Assembly: GCA_025464095.1 (NCBI GenBank)
Contig: JAODMF010000003.1
Location: 79-64,078 of the forward strand
Reading direction: 5' to 3'
DNA: 64,000 nt
From: Glaciihabitans sp.
GTDB lineage: Bacteria; Actinomycetota; Actinomycetes; Actinomycetales; Microbacteriaceae
In this document: piece by piece, positions 52,222 through 63,783 of the stretch
Numbering within the stretch: the stretch's first letter is position 1
Layout of the letters: the number at the start of each line of letters is the position of its first letter
Notes under the pieces: generated by a model
What the model saw: only the letters and a program-made list of their open reading frames with translations
Told to the model about the DNA's origin: nothing
The model's database searches: none
Translations under genes and position numbers: made by a program

Positions 52222-54174
52222 GTGAGTAAGACCGGATTCGAACTGTTCACCGACCGCTCCGTTGTCGCCATGCGCGTCAACGGCGAACTGCGCGACCTGG
52301 CAGCGACGACGGAGGAGGCCGACACCGTCGAAGCGGTGACGATCGACTCACCAGACGGCCTCAACATCCTGCGCCATTCCGCTGCCCATGTCATGGCCCA
52401 GGCGGTTCAGTCGATCAATCCGGATGCGAAGCTCGGCATTGGTCCGCCCATTACTGACGGCTTCTACTACGACTTCGATGTCGCAGAGCCGTTCACGCCG
52501 GAAGACCTCAAGGCGATCGACAAGGCGATGGACCGCATCATCCGCCAGGGCCAGCGCTTCATCCGGCGAGTCGTCACCGAAGCCGAAGCGCGCGCCGAGA
52601 TGGCCGACGAACCGTACAAGCTCGAACTCATCGGCCTGAAGGGCCACACCGACGACACCGCCGACGGCGAGAGCGTCGAGGTGGGCGGCGCCGAGCTGAG
52701 CATCTACGACAACGTCGACCCGAAGACGGGTGAGGTGCAGTGGAAGGACCTGTGCCGCGGCCCGCACCTTCCGAACACCCGCATGATCGGCAACGGGTAC
52801 GCCCTCCTGCGCAATGCCGCGGCCTACTGGCGCGGCTCGGAGAAAAACAAGCAGCTGCAGCGCGTGTACGGAACCGCGTGGCCGACCAAGGATGAACTGC
52901 GCGCCTACCAGCTGCGCCAGGAGGAAGCCGCAAAGCGCGACCACCGCAAGCTGGGCGCCGAACTCGACCTCTTCTCCTTCCCAGAGGAGATCGGATCCGG
53001 GCTGGCGGTGTTCCACCCGAAGGGCGGCATCATCCGCGCGGAGATCGAGAACTACATGCGTGAGCGCCTGCTCGCGCACGGCTACGACCTCGTCAACACC
53101 CCGCACATCACCAAGGCGCACCTCTACGAGATCAGCCAGCACCTCACTTGGTACAAGGAAGGCATGTTCCCTCCGATGCACCTGGACCAGGAGGTGGATG
53201 CGGACGGCCACGTCACGAGGCAGGGGCAGGACTACTACCTGAAGCCCATGAACTGCCCGATGCACAACCTGATCTACCGGGCCCGCGGTCGCAGCTACCG
53301 TGAGCTTCCGTTGCGACTCGCGGAGTTCGGCACCGTCTACCGGTACGAAAAGAGCGGAACGCTGTCGGGTCTCACCCGCGTGCGCGGACTCACCCAGGAC
53401 GACGCGCACATCTACGTGACAGACGACCAGGTGAAAGACGAGGTCGCCAGCCAGCTGGAGTTCGTCTTCGAGACCCTGCGCGGGTACGGCCTCACCGACT
53501 TCTACCTCGAGCTCTCCACGCGTGACCCGGAGAAGTCCGTTGGAACCGACGAGCAGTGGGATGCCGCAACCGAGACCCTGCGCCAGGTTGCGACAGAGTC
53601 CGGCCTCGAGCTCGTCGCCGACCCCGGCGGTGCCGCGTTCTATGGCCCGAAGATCTCCGTGCAGGCCCGCGACGCGATCGGCCGCACCTGGCAGCTCTCC
53701 ACCGTGCAGCTCGACTTCAACCAGCCCAAGCTGTTCGAGCTGGAATACACCGCGGCCGATGGCTCACGTCAGCAGCCCGTGATGATCCATCGCGCCCTGC
53801 TCGGTTCGATCGAGCGATTCTTCGCGATCCTGCTCGAGCACTACGCGGGGGCGTTCCCGGTGTGGCTCTCTCCCGTGCAGGTGGTCGGGATCCCGGTCGC
53901 CGAGGCCTACGACGAGTACCTCGGCGGGGTCATCGCGCAATTGAAGGGGCTGGGGGTGCGAGCCGAGCTCGACGCATCCAGTGACCGGATGGCCAAGAAG
54001 ATTCGCACGCACACGAAAGACAGGGTGCCCTTCCAGCTCATCGCCGGTGAGGAAGACCAGGCGAACGGCTCGGTCAGTTTCCGGTTCCGTGACGGGCACC
54101 AGGAAAACGGCATCCCCATCGCGCGGGCGATCGAGCGGATCCAGGTCGCCATCGCCACGAAGGAACAGGTCTGA
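52222..54174 (+). CDS. thrS: threonine--tRNA ligase
   Basis: Editing/second-additional-domain motif ([11 protein letters not shown]), class II motifs (FRYE.. region [24 protein letters not shown]) and an anticodon-binding C-terminus. GTG start. Confidence 0.97.
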   Translation: MSKTGFELFTDRSVVAMRVNGELRDLAATTEEADTVEAVTIDSPDGLNILRHSAAHVMAQAVQSINPDAKLGIGPPITDGFYYDFDVAEPFTPEDLKAIDKAMDRIIRQGQRFIRRVVTEAEARAEMADEPYKLELIGLKGHTDDTADGESVEVGGAELSIYDNVDPKTGEVQWKDLCRGPHLPNTRMIGNGYALLRNAAAYWRGSEKNKQLQRVYGTAWPTKDELRAYQLRQEEAAKRDHRKLGAELDLFSFPEEIGSGLAVFHPKGGIIRAEIENYMRERLLAHGYDLVNTPHITKAHLYEISQHLTWYKEGMFPPMHLDQEVDADGHVTRQGQDYYLKPMNCPMHNLIYRARGRSYRELPLRLAEFGTVYRYEKSGTLSGLTRVRGLTQDDAHIYVTDDQVKDEVASQLEFVFETLRGYGLTDFYLELSTRDPEKSVGTDEQWDAATETLRQVATESGLELVADPGGAAFYGPKISVQARDAIGRTWQLSTVQLDFNQPKLFELEYTAADGSRQQPVMIHRALLGSIERFFAILLEHYAGAFPVWLSPVQVVGIPVAEAYDEYLGGVIAQLKGLGVRAELDASSDRMAKKIRTHTKDRVPFQLIAGEEDQANGSVSFRFRDGHQENGIPIARAIERIQVAIATKEQV

Positions 54175-54176
54175 CG

Positions 54177-54767
54177 GTGAAGGACTACGACGGCGAGGAG
54201 CTCGGCGAGGGCGAACCGTCGTCCCAGTTTCCCGCGGTTCCGGATGCGTTCCAACGCCTCTGGACCCCCTACCGGCTTGCCTACATCCAGACGAATCACG
54301 CTGGTGCGGAGCCGGATGACGCCTGCCCGTTCTGCGTCGCTCCCTCGCTGTCGGACGAACAGGCGCTCATCGTGGCGCGGGGCAAGCACGCGTACGTGCT
54401 GCTGAATCTCTTCCCGTACAACAGCGGCCACATGCTGGTTTGCCCCTACCGGCATGTTGCGATGTATGACGACGCGACCGACGACGAGATTGCCGAACTG
54501 GCTAGCCTCACGCAGGTGGCGATGCGGGTCGCGAGAACGTCGTCCGGTGCGCACGGCTTCAACATCGGCATGAACCAAGGGTCGGTTGCTGGCGCCGGCG
54601 TGGCAAGTCACCTGCACCAGCACATTGTTCCCCGGTGGGCGAACGACTCGAATTTCTTCCCGATCATCGGCGGAACGAAGGCCATTCCGCGGCTGCTCGG
54701 CGAGGTGCGTTCCGCTTTCGCGGAAGCCTGGCCCGCATCCGAATCACCACAGTTTTCCGCCAAGTAG
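54177..54767 (+). CDS. HIT family protein (Ap4A phosphorylase-like, Rv2613c-type by position)
   Basis: Histidine triad [10 protein letters not shown] and [13 protein letters not shown]. It sits immediately downstream of thrS, as in mycobacteria (from memory). Confidence 0.88.
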   Translation: MKDYDGEELGEGEPSSQFPAVPDAFQRLWTPYRLAYIQTNHAGAEPDDACPFCVAPSLSDEQALIVARGKHAYVLLNLFPYNSGHMLVCPYRHVAMYDDATDDEIAELASLTQVAMRVARTSSGAHGFNIGMNQGSVAGAGVASHLHQHIVPRWANDSNFFPIIGGTKAIPRLLGEVRSAFAEAWPASESPQFSAK

Positions 54768-54778
54768 AATCAAGGATC

Positions 54779-55681
54779 ATGAGCGACAACAGCACGTCAG
54801 ACCAGTTAGGGACCAGCCGCGTCAAGCGCGGCCTGGCCGAAATGCTTAAGGGTGGCGTCATCATGGACGTCGTCAACGCCGAGCAGGCAAAGATCGCCGA
54901 GGATGCAGGGGCCGTCGCCGTCATGGCCCTCGAGCGTGTTCCTGCCGACATCCGCTCGCAGGGTGGCGTCGCGCGCATGAGCGACCCCGACCTGATCGAT
55001 GGCATCATCTCCGCCGTGTCGATTCCGGTGATGGCGAAGGCCCGCATCGGCCACTTCGTCGAGGCGCAGGTGCTCGAAGCCCTGAACGTCGACTACATCG
55101 ACGAGTCCGAGGTGCTGAGCCCGGCCGACTACGTGAACCACATCGACAAGTGGAACTTCACCGTTCCCTTCGTCTGTGGCGCGACGAACCTGGGTGAGGC
55201 GCTTCGACGCATCACCGAGGGTGCCGCCATGATCCGATCGAAGGGCGAGGCCGGCACCGGCGACGTCTCCGAGGCGACCAAGCACATCCGAACCATCCGG
55301 GGCGAAATTGCGGCACTTGCGGGCAAGTCGAAGGACGAGCTGTACGTTGCCGCGAAGGAGCTGCAGGCTCCCTATGACCTGGTCGTCGAGGTCGCCCGCG
55401 AGGGAAAGCTCCCCGTCGTGCTGTTCACGGCTGGCGGAGTGGCGACGCCGGCGGATGCCGCGTTGATGATGCAGCTCGGTGCGGATGGCGTTTTCGTCGG
55501 TTCCGGCATCTTCAAGTCGGGCAACCCGGCACAGCGTGCCGCCGCCATCGTCAAGGCGACCACGTTCTACGACGACGCGAAGGTCATCGCGGATGCCTCC
55601 CGCGGTCTGGGCGAGGCCATGGTCGGAATCAACGTGTCTGATCTCGCAGCGCCGCACCGCCTCGCCGAACGTGGCTGGTAA
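54779..55681 (+). CDS. pdxS: pyridoxal 5'-phosphate synthase lyase subunit PdxS
   Basis: [42 protein letters not shown] and [10 protein letters not shown]; highly conserved. Confidence 0.97.
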   Translation: MSDNSTSDQLGTSRVKRGLAEMLKGGVIMDVVNAEQAKIAEDAGAVAVMALERVPADIRSQGGVARMSDPDLIDGIISAVSIPVMAKARIGHFVEAQVLEALNVDYIDESEVLSPADYVNHIDKWNFTVPFVCGATNLGEALRRITEGAAMIRSKGEAGTGDVSEATKHIRTIRGEIAALAGKSKDELYVAAKELQAPYDLVVEVAREGKLPVVLFTAGGVATPADAALMMQLGADGVFVGSGIFKSGNPAQRAAAIVKATTFYDDAKVIADASRGLGEAMVGINVSDLAAPHRLAERGW

Positions 55682-56270
55682 ACCGCAGCGGGTCGGAGTT
55701 CTCGCCCTTCAGGGCGATTTCCGGGAACATCTTGCGGTTCTGAGCGGGCTGGGCGCGGACGGCGTGGCCGTCCGTCGCCCCGAGGAGTTGGCATCCGTCG
55801 ACGGCCTGATCATTCCCGGTGGGGAATCGACGGTCATCGACAAATTGAGCCGCCTCTTCGGGCTCGCGGAGCCGCTGAAAGCCGCAATCGCCACAGGTTT
55901 GCCTGTCTACGGCACCTGCGCCGGACTGATCATGCTCGCTGACCGCGTGCGGGATGCCATTGACGGGCAACAGACGCTCGGCGGTTTCGACATCGAGGTC
56001 CGACGCAACGCTTTCGGCTCGCAGTTGGAATCGTTCGAGACCGACCTCGACATCCCGCAGCTGGGGGAGCCCGCGGTGCACGCCGTGTTCATTCGCGCAC
56101 CGGTGGTCGAAGAGGTGGGCGACGGCGTCATCACTCTCGCATCCCTGCCCGACGGACGCGTGGTCGCGGTGGAGCAGGGCAACCTGCTGGGCACGTCCTT
56201 CCACCCCGAGATCACGGGCGACATCCGGTTCCACAGGTACTTCCTGAAGAAGATCGCCGCTCGTTCTTAA
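55671..56270 (+). CDS. pdxT: pyridoxal 5'-phosphate synthase glutaminase subunit PdxT
   Basis: [23 protein letters not shown] (catalytic Cys) and TSFHPE. GTG start overlaps the pdxS 3' end by 11 nt. Confidence 0.93.
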   Translation: MAGKPQRVGVLALQGDFREHLAVLSGLGADGVAVRRPEELASVDGLIIPGGESTVIDKLSRLFGLAEPLKAAIATGLPVYGTCAGLIMLADRVRDAIDGQQTLGGFDIEVRRNAFGSQLESFETDLDIPQLGEPAVHAVFIRAPVVEEVGDGVITLASLPDGRVVAVEQGNLLGTSFHPEITGDIRFHRYFLKKIAARS

Positions 56271-56334
56271 CCCGAATTGCCCGGATTGGTCGCTATCGAG
56301 GCCGGAAAAGCGACACATCCGGGCAACTCGCGGA

Positions 56335-56982
56335 TTGAATGGGGAGATGAAGATCTACTCAGACTTTCCGCTCGCCCGCCTCGGCCAGATCGCGGCCGAC
56401 CTGGTCGCCGTCGCGTTGATCGCGCTGTTCGTCTTTCTGGGAGTCACGGTGCACGCGGCGATCCTCGTGCTCGCCGAAATCGGCAGGCAGGTCGAGCAGG
56501 CCGGCACCGGGTTCAGATCGACGATGACGGATGCCGCCAACACCCTGGGCGGCATCCCGCTGATCGGCGATCCGGCTCGCGCTCCTTTCGACAGCGCGAG
56601 CGTGGCGGGCAAAACGCTCGCGGATGCGGGGGCGAGCGAGCAGGTGATCGTCGCGCAGATCGCGGTGATTGTCGGCATCGTCGTTGCCGTCATCCCGATC
56701 TTCTTCGTCGGAAAGTACTGGCTGGTGCGTCGCCTGCGGTTCGCGCGCCGCGCGACCGCGGCCATGTCCCTCTCGAGGGCGACGGGCGGGGTCGACCTGC
56801 TCGCGTTGCGAGCGCTGGCCAGCCGCGACACGAAGTCGCTGCTCGAAATCGACGACGACCCGGTGTCAGCGTGGCGAATGGGTGAAAAGGAGACGATGCG
56901 GCGACTGGCGAGCCTTGAGTTGCGGGAGGCCGGCGTCCGCATCCGTTCCTCGGATCGCGCCCCAAAGATCGCCGCCGCCTAG
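56335..56982 (+). CDS. hypothetical membrane protein
   Basis: Two TM helices (IAADLVAVALIALFVFLGV; IAVIVGIVVAVIPIFFV). Coding-like composition; start ambiguous (TTG 56335 or ATG 56347). No family recognised. Confidence 0.55.
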   Translation: MNGEMKIYSDFPLARLGQIAADLVAVALIALFVFLGVTVHAAILVLAEIGRQVEQAGTGFRSTMTDAANTLGGIPLIGDPARAPFDSASVAGKTLADAGASEQVIVAQIAVIVGIVVAVIPIFFVGKYWLVRRLRFARRATAAMSLSRATGGVDLLALRALASRDTKSLLEIDDDPVSAWRMGEKETMRRLASLELREAGVRIRSSDRAPKIAAA

Positions 56983-57040
56983 AAGGCGGTTGGTTAGAAT
57001 GAACGGACGCCGAAAGGCGATCGGTTTCTAGAGGAGATTC

Positions 57041-57802
57041 ATGTCAGGCCACTCCAAATGGGCAACGACGAAGCACCAGAAGGCGATCAAGGACCAGCGC
57101 CGGGCGAAGTCGTTCGCCAAGCTCATCAAGAACATTGAGGTCGCGGCCAAGCTCGGCGGTGCCGACCTTTCCGGCAACCCGACGCTTGTCGACGCGATCC
57201 AGAAGGCAAAGAAGACTTCTGTTCCGAACTCCAATATCGACAACGCGGTCAAGCGCGGCTCCGGCCAGCTCGGTGAAGCGGTCGACTACCAGACGATCAT
57301 GTACGAGGGATATGCCGCTGGCGGCGTTGCCCTGCTCATCGAGTGCCTGACCGACAACCGCAATCGGGCAGCGGCGGATGTTCGCACCATCATGACTCGC
57401 AACGGCGGCACGATGGGCGACCCGGGCAGCGTCGCGTACAACTTCAGTCGCAAGGGCGTCATCAGCGTCGAGAAGGTGGATGGCGTCCAGGAAGACGACA
57501 TCCTCACGGCGGTGCTCGACGCCGGGGCCGAAGAGGTCAACGACCGCGGGCTCGGTTTCGAGATCATCACCGAGCCGCACGACCTTGTTCCGGCGCGCAC
57601 GGCGCTTCAGGATGCCGGGATCGACTACGACTCAGCCGATGTCGAATTCGTGCCCGGCCTCACTGTCGAGGTGGATGTCGAGACGGCACGCAAGATATTC
57701 CGGCTCATCGACGCGCTCGAAGACAACGACGACGTGCAGAACGTGTACGGCAACTTCGCCATTCCTGCCGACGTGCAGGCTGCGCTCGACGACGAAGACT
57801 AG
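57041..57802 (+). CDS. yebC: YebC/PmpR family DNA-binding transcriptional regulator
   Basis: [37 protein letters not shown]...; canonical YebC N-terminus. Confidence 0.93.
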   Translation: MSGHSKWATTKHQKAIKDQRRAKSFAKLIKNIEVAAKLGGADLSGNPTLVDAIQKAKKTSVPNSNIDNAVKRGSGQLGEAVDYQTIMYEGYAAGGVALLIECLTDNRNRAAADVRTIMTRNGGTMGDPGSVAYNFSRKGVISVEKVDGVQEDDILTAVLDAGAEEVNDRGLGFEIITEPHDLVPARTALQDAGIDYDSADVEFVPGLTVEVDVETARKIFRLIDALEDNDDVQNVYGNFAIPADVQAALDDED

Positions 57803-57808
57803 GTCTCG

Positions 57809-58381
57809 ATGACCCTCCGGGTACTCGGGATCGACCCGGGCCTCACCCGGTGCGGCGTCGGGATCGTCGACGTGTCGCCGAATCGCTCGGCGTCGCTGGT
57901 GTTCGTCGGTGTGATTCGCACTCCGCCGGACATGCCGCTCGAACAGCGGCTGCTGGCGATCGGCACGGGCATCGCCGAGTTGCTCGACGAATACGCTCCC
58001 TCCGCGGTTGCGCTCGAGCGTGTCTTTGCCCAGCACAACCTGCGTACGGTCATGGGAACGGCACAGGCGAGCGGCGTCGCTATGCACCAGGCGGCCGCGC
58101 GCGGCCTGACCGTCGGCCTGCACACCCCGAGCGAGGTGAAGGCGGCGATCTCCGGGTATGGCGCCGCAGACAAGAAGCAGGTGGCGTCGATGGTGCAGCG
58201 GGTGCTCCGCCTGGATGCGCCGCCGACCCCGGCTGACGCGTCCGACGCGCTCGCCCTCGCGCTCTGCCACGCGTGGCGCGGCGGGGGAGGCGCGGTCGCG
58301 GCATCCGCGGAGCTGACCCCGGCGCAGCAGGCGTGGCGCGCGGCCGAGAAGTCGGTGACCGCTCGTAGGCTGGGGCAATGA
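57809..58381 (+). CDS. ruvC: crossover junction endodeoxyribonuclease RuvC
   Basis: [23 protein letters not shown] and [13 protein letters not shown]. Confidence 0.95.
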   Translation: MTLRVLGIDPGLTRCGVGIVDVSPNRSASLVFVGVIRTPPDMPLEQRLLAIGTGIAELLDEYAPSAVALERVFAQHNLRTVMGTAQASGVAMHQAAARGLTVGLHTPSEVKAAISGYGAADKKQVASMVQRVLRLDAPPTPADASDALALALCHAWRGGGGAVAASAELTPAQQAWRAAEKSVTARRLGQ

Positions 58382-58998
58382 TTTCATCGGTGCGTGGCAC
58401 GGTTCTGGCCATCACCGGTACGTCCGTGATTGTCGAGGTGGGCGGAGTCGGCCTCGGCGTCCAGGTGACACCGCAGCACGCGCTCGGCCTGCGGGTCGGT
58501 GGTGAGGCATTCCTTCGCACCGCTCTGATCGTGCGCGAGGACGACCTCAGCCTCTTCGGCTTTGCGGATGCCGATGAACTTGCTGTCTTCGACGCGCTGC
58601 GCGGGGTGACCGGGGTTGGTCCGAAGTCGGCGATGGGTGTTCTTGCGGCGATGGAGCCCGCGCAGGTAGCGCGCGCGGTGGCCAACGAGGATGACGCGGC
58701 TTTTCGGAAAGTCAGCGGCATCGGCCCGAAGACGGCCAAGCTCATCGTCGTGTCGTTGGCGGGCAAGCTCGCCGTGCTGGCGTCGACCCGCACGGCGGCG
58801 CCGGCTCGCGCATCGACCGTGGAAGAGAGCGTCATGGTCGCCCTGGTCGGACTGGGATGGAACGAGCGGGTCGCAACACAGGCGGTCGAGGATGCCATGG
58901 CCGCGGCATCCGAGTCGGATGCCGCAGCCGTTCCCGCGCTGTTGCGCATCGCCCTCACCAAGCTCGGCCCCGCCCAGTACGCCGGGAGCGGCCAGTGA
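58378..58998 (+). CDS. ruvA: Holliday junction branch migration protein RuvA
   Basis: [10 protein letters not shown], HhH motifs ([13 protein letters not shown]; [13 protein letters not shown]). 4-nt overlap with ruvC. Confidence 0.95.
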   Translation: MISSVRGTVLAITGTSVIVEVGGVGLGVQVTPQHALGLRVGGEAFLRTALIVREDDLSLFGFADADELAVFDALRGVTGVGPKSAMGVLAAMEPAQVARAVANEDDAAFRKVSGIGPKTAKLIVVSLAGKLAVLASTRTAAPARASTVEESVMVALVGLGWNERVATQAVEDAMAAASESDAAAVPALLRIALTKLGPAQYAGSGQ

Positions 58999-60071
58999 GT
59001 GCGGACGACGCCGCGGACCTCTCCGTCCCGGCGATTCTCATGCCGACCCCCGAGTCGGATGCCGAACTCGCCTTCGAGGGCGCGCTTCGACCCCGCTCGC
59101 TCGCCGAGTTTGTCGGGCAGACCAAGGTGCGCGGCCAGTTGCAGCTGTTGCTGCAGGCCGCTGCGATGCAGCACCGGACGCCGGACCACATCCTGCTCGC
59201 CGGTCCGCCCGGGCTGGGCAAGACGACACTGGCCATGATCATCGCCCATGAGAGCAACCGCCCGCTTCGGATGTCGAGTGGTCCTGCGATCCAGCACGCC
59301 GGCGACCTCGCCGCGCTGCTGTCGTCGCTCACTCCGGGGGAGGTGCTGTTCATCGACGAGATCCATCGCATGGCGCGCTCGGCAGAGGAAATGCTCTACC
59401 TCGCGATGGAGGACTTTCGTATCGACATCATGGTCGGCAAGGGCGCGGGGGCGACATCCATCCCGCTCGATCTTGCGCCCTTCACCCTGGTCGGCGCGAC
59501 GACGCGCTCCGGACTGCTGCCGAACCCGCTGCGCGACCGCTTCGGTTTCACCGCCCACCTCGAGTTTTATGACAAGCCGGAACTCGAGCAGGTTCTGCAC
59601 CGTGCTGCCGCCCTGCTCGACCTGACCGTCGACGGACGGGCCCTGGCGGAGATCGCGGGCCGCTGCCGGGGCACTCCACGAATCGCAAACCGGCTGCTGC
59701 GGCGGGTACGGGACTACGCTCTCGTGCACCCTTCGACTGGGCACGGGAAACTGGCCACGGTTGCGGGCCTCGATGCGGTGCACGCCGCCCTCGACCTGTA
59801 CGACGTCGACGCGCTCGGCCTCGATCGGCTGGACCGCGAGGTGATGCGCGTCATCCTCACCCGTTTCGATGGCGGGCCGGTCGGCCTCAACACGCTGGCG
59901 GTGTCGGTCGGGGAAGAGTCGGAGACGATCGAGTCGGTCGTCGAGCCGTTTCTCGTGCGCATCGGCCTCATCACCCGAACCCCACGCGGACGCGTCGCGA
60001 CGAGGGATGCCTGGAAGCACTTCGGCCTGGCGCGTACCGCGCCCGAGAGCCTGTTCGGCGATGACCTATGA
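58995..60071 (+). CDS. ruvB: Holliday junction branch migration DNA helicase RuvB
   Basis: [12 protein letters not shown], Walker [22 protein letters not shown]. The GTG start overlaps the ruvA stop (GTGA). Confidence 0.96.
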   Translation: MSADDAADLSVPAILMPTPESDAELAFEGALRPRSLAEFVGQTKVRGQLQLLLQAAAMQHRTPDHILLAGPPGLGKTTLAMIIAHESNRPLRMSSGPAIQHAGDLAALLSSLTPGEVLFIDEIHRMARSAEEMLYLAMEDFRIDIMVGKGAGATSIPLDLAPFTLVGATTRSGLLPNPLRDRFGFTAHLEFYDKPELEQVLHRAAALLDLTVDGRALAEIAGRCRGTPRIANRLLRRVRDYALVHPSTGHGKLATVAGLDAVHAALDLYDVDALGLDRLDREVMRVILTRFDGGPVGLNTLAVSVGEESETIESVVEPFLVRIGLITRTPRGRVATRDAWKHFGLARTAPESLFGDDL

Positions 60072-60141
60072 TTTCAAGGGTGCCCCCCAGCCAGTCAAAC
60101 TAGACTGACGCGGCCCCAACAGACTCCCGAAAGGTTTCGTC

Positions 60142-60603
60142 GTGGATACAACAGCGCTTTTCAATTATGCAATCCTGGCCGTTCTGGTCGTTTTGATCAT
60201 TTTCATGTTCCGCAACAGCCGCAAGCGCAAGGCAGCCGCCGAGGAGCTGAAGTCTCAGATCCAGCCCGGCGTCGAGGTGATGACCAACTTTGGCCTCTTC
60301 GGTGTTCTCAAGTCCATCGATGAAGGCTCGAACGTCGCGGAGCTCGAGACGAGCCCGGGCACGATCGTGCGCGTCCACCGCCAGACCATCGCTCGTGTCG
60401 TTACCGACGCAGAGGCCAGCGGCGCGGGCACAGGCGCTCCCCGCTCGGTCGAAGAGGCAATGGCGATCGCCAACCGCGAAGCTGCGGAGCGCGAGGCCGA
60501 GCTGAATGTTGACCACGCGATCCCCGCCGCCGACCCCGAGTACGGTGAGCGCGTCGTTCCCGAGAAGAAGCCGCGCACCCGCGCTAAGAAGGCAGCCGAG
60601 TAG
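60142..60603 (+). CDS. yajC: preprotein translocase subunit YajC
   Basis: N-terminal TM helix followed by GVEVMTNFGLFGVLKSID...ELETSPGTIVRVHRQTIARVV. GTG start. Confidence 0.88.
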   Translation: MDTTALFNYAILAVLVVLIIFMFRNSRKRKAAAEELKSQIQPGVEVMTNFGLFGVLKSIDEGSNVAELETSPGTIVRVHRQTIARVVTDAEASGAGTGAPRSVEEAMAIANREAAEREAELNVDHAIPAADPEYGERVVPEKKPRTRAKKAAE

Positions 60604-60618
60604 CCACTATCCTTGTGT

Positions 60619-60674
60619 GCGGCTCGCTTCGTGCGAGCCGCAATCCGTACCCGCGCAATTGTGGCGCGGGTACG
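60619..60674 (+). other. two consecutive GC-rich stem-loops between yajC and secD
   Basis: gcggctcgc-ttcgt-gcgagccgc (9 bp) at 60619-60641 and cgtacccgcgc-aattgtg-gcgcgggtacg (11 bp) at 60646-60674. No T-tract. Confidence 0.4.
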
Positions 60675-60698
60675 CCTATAGAAAGCTGAGTTCGTAGA

Positions 60699-62414
60699 GT
60701 GGCAAGATCGACCCCGGCCAAGAAGGCCTGGCGCTCCCTCGCGTGGCTCGCCGCAATCATTGTCGCCCTCGTGCTGTTCAATGGCGCCGGAGTGCTGTTC
60801 GCGAACTGGACCTGGACTCCCAAGCTCGCTCTCGACCTCGAGGGCGGAACCGAGATCATCCTGCAGCCGCAGCTTCCCGCAGGCAAGCAGGTGTCGCAGG
60901 ACCAGCTAAACCAGGCGATCGCCATCATGCGCGAACGCATCGACGCCAGCGGTGTGTCCGAGGCCGAGATCACGACGCAGGGCACCGACACCGCGCAGAA
61001 CGTCGTCGTGTCGATCCCTGGACCTCTCGACGCAGCAACCAAGCAGCGCATCACCACCGCGTCGAAGCTCGACTTCCGCCCGGTTCTGATGACGGATGCC
61101 GCGGCGACGAGCTCGGTCGGCACAAACACGCCGACCCCGAGCCCGAGTGCTTCGGCCCCTGCCCTCAGCGACACGCCGACGTCGAAGCCGACGAACGGCA
61201 GCGACCTTGCCTACGTGACGCCCGCGCTGCAGCAGAAATTCACGGACTTCACGTGCAAGAGTGCCGGTGCCGCAACGGCCAACATCGCGCCGGCCGACCA
61301 GCCATTGGTTACCTGTGACAACAAGGGGCAGTTCAAGTACATTCTCGGCCCGGTCGAGGTGCCCGGTGATCTCATCTCGAATGCGACAAACGGCACCGTC
61401 ACCAGCCAGGGCGTCAGTACCGGCGAGTGGGCGGTCAACCTTACGTTCACCACCAAAGGTGGTGACCTGTTCCAGCAGATCTCGAACAGGCTGATAGGTC
61501 TTACCAGCCCGCGCAACCAGTTCGCCGTCGTGCTCGATGGCCAAGTGATCACGGCACCGGTTGTGCAGGGAGTCACCTCCCAGCCGCAGATCACCGGGTC
61601 GTTTACCCAGGATTCGTCGAAGACGCTGGCCGACCAGTTGAAGTTCGGCGCGCTGCCGATCTCGTTCAAGGAGCAGTCGAGCGACGTCATCTCGGCAACG
61701 CTGGGAACGTCACAGCTGCTCAGCGGCCTGCTTGCCGGCCTCATCGGCCTGGTGCTCGTGGTCGTCTACTCGGTGGTTCAGTACCGTGCGCTCGCCTGGG
61801 TGACCATCACCTCGCTGATGGTTGCCGCGGTAATTACCTACCTCGTCGTTGTCTTCCTGTCCTGGCGACAGGGCTACCGATTGTCGCTCGCCGGTGTCGC
61901 CGGTTTGATCGTGGCCATCGGTATTACTGCCGACTCATTCATCGTGTACTTCGAACGCATCCGAGATGAGATCCGTGACGGGAGGGGTCTGGAGTCCGCA
62001 GTCGAAGCGGGCTGGAAGCGAGCGATTCGTACCGTGCTGGCATCCGACACGGTCAACTTCCTCGCGGCGGTCATCCTGTTCCTGCTCGCGATCGGCAATG
62101 TTCGCGGTTTCGCGCTCACCCTGGGACTCACCACCATCGTCGACATCATCGTCGTCTCGCTGTTCACGCATCCGGTATTGCGGCTGATCGCACGCACCGA
62201 GTTCTTCGGCGGAGGCCACCGCTTCAGCGGACTCGACCCGGACGGCTTGGGGGCCGTATATCGGGGCAGGGCGCAATTCAAGACACCCGCCGCGCTCACG
62301 GGAAAGTCAGCGGCCAGCGGTCGTGAAGCCGCCCGCCGCCAGACAATCGCGGAGCGCAAGGCGGCCGAGGCCGCCGAACGCGCCGAACGCCGCACCAAGG
62401 GGAAGGATTCCTGA
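60699..62414 (+). CDS. secD: protein translocase subunit SecD
   Basis: 571 aa with LDLEGGTEIILQP, a periplasmic domain, and a C-terminal 6-TM bundle with TADSFIVYFERIRDE. Confidence 0.95.
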   Translation: MARSTPAKKAWRSLAWLAAIIVALVLFNGAGVLFANWTWTPKLALDLEGGTEIILQPQLPAGKQVSQDQLNQAIAIMRERIDASGVSEAEITTQGTDTAQNVVVSIPGPLDAATKQRITTASKLDFRPVLMTDAAATSSVGTNTPTPSPSASAPALSDTPTSKPTNGSDLAYVTPALQQKFTDFTCKSAGAATANIAPADQPLVTCDNKGQFKYILGPVEVPGDLISNATNGTVTSQGVSTGEWAVNLTFTTKGGDLFQQISNRLIGLTSPRNQFAVVLDGQVITAPVVQGVTSQPQITGSFTQDSSKTLADQLKFGALPISFKEQSSDVISATLGTSQLLSGLLAGLIGLVLVVVYSVVQYRALAWVTITSLMVAAVITYLVVVFLSWRQGYRLSLAGVAGLIVAIGITADSFIVYFERIRDEIRDGRGLESAVEAGWKRAIRTVLASDTVNFLAAVILFLLAIGNVRGFALTLGLTTIVDIIVVSLFTHPVLRLIARTEFFGGGHRFSGLDPDGLGAVYRGRAQFKTPAALTGKSAASGREAARRQTIAERKAAEAAERAERRTKGKDS

Positions 62415-63418
62415 TGGCTAGCTTCTCGAAGTTTGGAAACGACCTCTACACCGGCGCCCGCTCGTTCAACATCGTCGGCCGCCGCCGCATCTGGTTCTCC
62501 ATCGCGGCAGTGCTCGTGCTCATCGCGGTCATCGTTCCGCTCGTGCGTGGATTCCAGTTCGGGATCGAATTCCGGGGCGGATCCGAATTCACGGTCTCCG
62601 CTCTTGGCAACAACCCCGACCAGAGCAAGGCGACGGATGCGGTCAACGCGGTCGTTCCCGGGCAGGGCGATGTTGCGCGCGTCTCGGTCGTTGGCGGCAA
62701 CGCCGTGCGGGTGCAGACCTCGCAACTGACGACGGCGCAGACCCAGAAGATCTCCGACGAGCTTGCCTCCATGTACAACGTCAAGCCCCGCGATATCACC
62801 TCGTCGTTCATCGGCCCGAGCTGGGGCGCGGACATCACCACGCAGGCGATCCGTGCGCTGGTCATCTTCGTGATCCTTGCCGGCGTCGTCATGGCGCTGT
62901 ACTTCCGTACCTGGAAAATGTCGGTCGCCGCGATCATCGCACTCCTGCACGACCTGGTCATCACGGCCGGCGTCTACGCGGTGCTCGGCTTCGAGGTCAC
63001 CCCCGCCGCGGTCATCGGGTTCCTCACGATCCTCGGCTACTCGCTCTACGACACGGTCGTGGTGTTCGACAAGATTCGCGAGACCACGGCGGAAGACGGC
63101 GATAGCTCGCGCCGAACGTTCGCAGATTCGGTGAACCTCGCGGTCAACCAGACACTGGTGCGATCGATCAACACCTCGGTTGTCGCGCTGCTGCCGGTTG
63201 GGTCGATCCTCTTCATCGGTGCCGTCGTACTCGGGGCCGGCACGCTGCGGGACATTTCCTTGGCCCTGTTCGTTGGAATTCTGGCCGGAACGTATTCGAC
63301 CATCTTCATCGCGGCTCCGCTGTACTCGCTGCTTCGCGAGCGCGAGCCGGAGCAGCTCAAGTCCACAAAGAAGAAGGCCGCGACCACAGCGAGGGCGACG
63401 ACCGGAGCGGTTCGCTAG
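62414..63418 (+). CDS. secF: protein translocase subunit SecF
   Basis: FQFGIEFRGGSEF and GYSLYDTVVVFDKIRE. 1-nt overlap with the secD stop. Confidence 0.95.
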   Translation: MASFSKFGNDLYTGARSFNIVGRRRIWFSIAAVLVLIAVIVPLVRGFQFGIEFRGGSEFTVSALGNNPDQSKATDAVNAVVPGQGDVARVSVVGGNAVRVQTSQLTTAQTQKISDELASMYNVKPRDITSSFIGPSWGADITTQAIRALVIFVILAGVVMALYFRTWKMSVAAIIALLHDLVITAGVYAVLGFEVTPAAVIGFLTILGYSLYDTVVVFDKIRETTAEDGDSSRRTFADSVNLAVNQTLVRSINTSVVALLPVGSILFIGAVVLGAGTLRDISLALFVGILAGTYSTIFIAAPLYSLLREREPEQLKSTKKKAATTARATTGAVR

Positions 63419-63421
63419 GTC

Positions 63422-63763
63422 GTGCCCGAGGAGGACTTTCCCGAGATCGATGCCGCGACGGCGATCGCGCTCGTGAACTCCGGTGCGTGGCTTCTCGACG
63501 TTCGGGAGCAGGACGAGTGGGACGCCGGCCATGCCGAGGCGGCACACCTGATCCCGATGTCCGTCATCCAGGATCGAGTGGACGAGCTGCCCGACGACCA
63601 GCCGGTCTACGTCATCTGCCATAGCGGGGGCCGGTCGCGCCGCGTTACGGGGGCGCTGCTCGCCGCCGGATACGACGTCGTGAATGTCGCCCACGGAATG
63701 TTGGGCTGGCAGTCCGCTGGTGGCGTAGTCGTTTCCGACGGCCCGGACGCGCCCCGCGTTTAG
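63422..63763 (+). CDS. single-domain rhodanese-like protein
   Basis: LLDVREQDEWDAGHAEAAHLIP and the active-site loop CHSGGRS. GTG start. Confidence 0.85.
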   Translation: MPEEDFPEIDAATAIALVNSGAWLLDVREQDEWDAGHAEAAHLIPMSVIQDRVDELPDDQPVYVICHSGGRSRRVTGALLAAGYDVVNVAHGMLGWQSAGGVVVSDGPDAPRV

Positions 63764-63783
63764 AATTGATGCGGAGGTAGGTC

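Noticed and set aside
58080-60020. 646-aa minus-strand ORF across ruvC-ruvA-ruvB
   Set aside because: It is antisense to three well-conserved, translationally coupled genes, and the Arg/Ala/Pro-rich product looks like junk.
61874-63694. 606-aa minus-strand ORF across secD-secF-rhodanese
   Set aside because: A shadow ORF opposite conserved secDF with no motifs. The same reasoning applies to 5103-6266, 6250-7704, 18988-21048, 29981-31633, 35098-36732, 36627-37952, 48553-49773 and 52348-53409.
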